Assembly (NCBI RefSeq): GCF_032191835.1
Contig: NC_083229.1
Location: 30,070,001-30,134,000, forward strand
DNA length: 64,000 nucleotides
Source of the DNA: Heteronotia binoei
Lineage: Eukaryota
Direction of reading: 5' to 3'
Part shown: positions 61,297 to 64,000 of the stretch, in pieces
How positions within the stretch are numbered: position 1 is the stretch's first letter
How the letters are laid out: each line of letters starts with the position of its first letter
Program-made: the position numbers and the translations under genes
Notes under the pieces: generated by a model
Told to the model about the DNA's origin: nothing
The model's input: only the letters and a program-made list of their open reading frames with translations
The model's database searches: none

Positions 61297-61505
61297 AACA
61301 TATGAAGCAGCCTTATACTGAATCAGACCCTTGGTCCATCAAAGTCAGTATTGTCTTCTCAGACTGGCAGCAGCTCTCCAGGGTCTCAAGCTGAGGTTTT
61401 TCACACCTATTTGCCTGGACCCTTTTTTGGAGATGCCGGGGATTGAACCTGGGACCTTCTGCTTCCCAAGCGGATGCTCTACCACTGAGCCACCATCCCC
61501 TCCCC
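61297..61505 (-). mobile_element. Full-length tRNA-derived SINE with CR1-like tail
   Basis: Minus strand: ggtggctcagtggtagagc, ggttcaatccccggcatctcc, tail gattcagtataaggctgcttcatatg. Confidence 0.88.
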
Positions 61506-62360
61506 TCATAACCCTCATTTAATCTGTATTATAAGGAACTACGGGTTGCAGATTGTAATATATAGGATATGAAAAGAATATCATCAGATCATGCTGCACT
61601 CAGAACAGATGGAAGAGATAAGGGTTCACATGGGTGTGGCCTTCAAAAAGGGGAAGGACACATGTGACTGTGTCAAGTCTTGTTACTATTGCCAGGCTTG
61701 GCAACCAGCAGGAAGATAGGGGGAGAGGAATAGGAGTGTGTGTTTAACATACATTGAACTTAATAAATGCCTGAAAAATATCTTAGAGTTATTTGTTGAG
61801 TAATAATTCATCTGAATACAGATCAAAGGATCTGATTTGGCTACTGATGTAGCTGAGCCTGAATAAAAACCAGTCTATTTGTCTATTTTCCCCTTAGGGC
61901 TACCTATACCAAGGAAAGGCTCAGCTAGGGTGGCAGGAGCTGAGAGCACTGTGTCACTTTCAGCTGGTGAGCTCCTCAAACCAGGTCTGTGTGTGGCAGG
62001 GAGAGACCTCCCCAATGCACACAGATCTTGGGGCTATCTTCTCCTGCCCTGCAGTTTAAATCACCAGGAAGGAGAAAACTTCCAGCCAGGTCTGTGTGCA
62101 GTGGTGATAAATGTGCCTGCTGCACACAAATCCTGGGCCAGTTTCTCCTGTCCGGCAGTATAAACTGCCGGGCAGCAGAGTCCCAACCAAGTCTGTATGC
62201 TGAAAATATTCGGCAATCCTGAATATCATACCAATATTGGTATTCTAATCCCAGGAGGATGTGGCAACTTCAGAGGGGGTTCTCTATGGCCTCACATCCT
62301 CACTGAGCTCTCACCAGGCCCATACTCTACCCTCCCTGAGCACCACCTTCAAATTTCCAA

Positions 62361-63010
62361 TTTAGTTTAGTTTTGTTTATTCACAGTCTAAGCCAGCATT
62401 TAACACAGTAAAATCGTACAAAATTAAAACTGAATGACCATAAAATCATACATAAAAAAGCATAAAATACTATCGAAAAACTACAAATATAACAGAACAT
62501 GTCAGTTACAACAAACAGCTTGGCAAAGGTTGTTCATCCATTTCCTGACTGAATTACTAGAGTTTTCTGTATTATTGTGGCAAACCAGCCAAATTTTGCT
62601 AATTTGTATGTAACCTCAGGGTTCTTATCATCAAGAAGATTCTTAAGGAGTTGCAGTTTTTGACTACTGGTAAAAGGTATGGCCATGGAAAATGGAAGTA
62701 CTTCACAATGATCATTGTAAGCTTCACAGTCAAATATGACATGGACTAAAGATCCAATGCCATCATTGCAGCAGGGACATAATCATTCTTGGAACTGCGG
62801 TGTTTTGTATCTCCCCTCGACCACCACTGAAGGGAGAACGTCCCATCTCATAAGAGTAAACATTGTCCTATATTCATTATTTGTTAAGTGGTATAGGTAG
62901 GGCATCGGGGTCACCATGTTGATTGGTTCTGTCAGAGCTCACCATTTGATTGTGCTATTAAGGTCATTTTGTCTGACAACATCCAATATTCTTTGCTTCA
63001 CTATCTCCAT
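62361..63010 (-). mobile_element. RTE-X-like LINE 3' fragment
   Basis: Minus translation FTLMRWDVLPSVVVEGRYK..LCPCCNDGIGSLVHVIFDC (C-terminal Cys/His motif); simple-repeat tail. Confidence 0.55.
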
Positions 63011-63320
63011 TCAAATTTCCAGGAATTTCCTGACCTAGAGCTGCCAATCCTAGAACAAGGACATTTGGTCCCTAGATGATACTTAGAGTTGCCAGCATCT
63101 AGGTGGCACCTGGAGATCTCTTGCTACTATCATTGATCTTCAGACAACTAAGATCAGTTCCCCTGGAGAAAATGGCTGATTTGGAGGGTGGACTGTATGA
63201 CATTATACCCTACTGATTTCCCTCCTCTCCTCTCCTCTCCCCTCCCCCAACCCTACCCTCTCCCAACTCGATCCCCTAAATCTCCAGTTATTTCCCAGCC
63301 CAGAGCTAACAACCCTGCCG

Positions 63321-64000
63321 ATAATAATAATAATACCTTTTATTTATATCCCGCCCTCCCCGCCGAAGCAGGCTCAGGGCGGCTAACAACAGAGTTCAGT
63401 ATACATAATACAAAAGAACATTTTAAATCACAATTAATTAAAACGATTAAAATTCTAAAACAGTAAAATTATTTTGTGCTATTACCTAGACGGCAAACTT
63501 GCTTAGCAGGTCTAGTCTGTGAAGGCCATTCGAAACAGAATGGTCTTGCAGGCCCTGCGGAATTGCTCTAAGTCCTGCAGGGCCCGCATTTCTTCTGGAA
63601 GTTGGTTCCATAACTGTGGGGCTATAACAGAAAAAGCCCAGTTACAGGTACTTTGAAGTTTTACCTCTTTTGGCCTGGGGATAGTCAGCAGGTTCTTCCC
63701 TGCTGACCTCAGTGCTCTCTGGGGTTCATGTGGGGAGAGACGGTCCCTAAGGTAGGCAGGTCCTCGGCCATATAGGGCTTTAAAGGTGATGACCAGCACT
63801 TTGTAACGAATCCGGTAAGTGACTGGTAGCCAGTGCAGTTCATGCAGTCCCGGCTGTATGTGCTCCCACTTTGGGAGCCCCAGCAGTAATCTGGCAGCCA
63901 CGTTCTGCACTAGCTGCAGCTTCTGGGTTCGGCACAGAGGCAGCCCCATGTAGAGGGCATTACAGTAATCTAATCTTGAGGTGACCGTTGCGTGGATACT
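63321..64000 (-). mobile_element. L2 LINE 3' end, continues beyond the window
   Basis: ORF 63512..63949 (KLQLVQNVAARLL, LHWLPV..YKVLVITFKAL, PQLWNQLP); (AAT)n tail. Confidence 0.93.

Overview
Vertebrate genomic DNA from a squamate reptile, probably a gecko (inferred from the repeat repertoire). The only host coding sequence I can support is one 195-nt internal exon (30310-30504, + strand) encoding the first Sushi/CCP domain of CSMD3, so the window is essentially two large CSMD3 introns. These are packed with repeats: CR1, L2, BovB and RTE-X-like LINE fragments; MIR-like, tRNA-derived and 5S-derived SINEs; many hAT MITEs with 8-bp TSDs; a Harbinger-type element; a solo LTR; and a probable DIRS/Ngaro fragment. 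There is a 365-N assembly gap. The most notable observations are: (i) Penelope-like elements from three families carrying minimal hammerhead ribozyme motifs, several as ORF-less inverted dimers with TSDs; (ii) a mitochondrial ND5 insertion (NUMT); (iii) a composite hAT element spanning the gap that carries tandem arrays built from retroelement tails; (iv) inverted MITE copies flanking the frame-symmetric CSMD3 exon. Family assignments are by motif recognition from memory, with no database search. Boundaries without a TSD are approximate.
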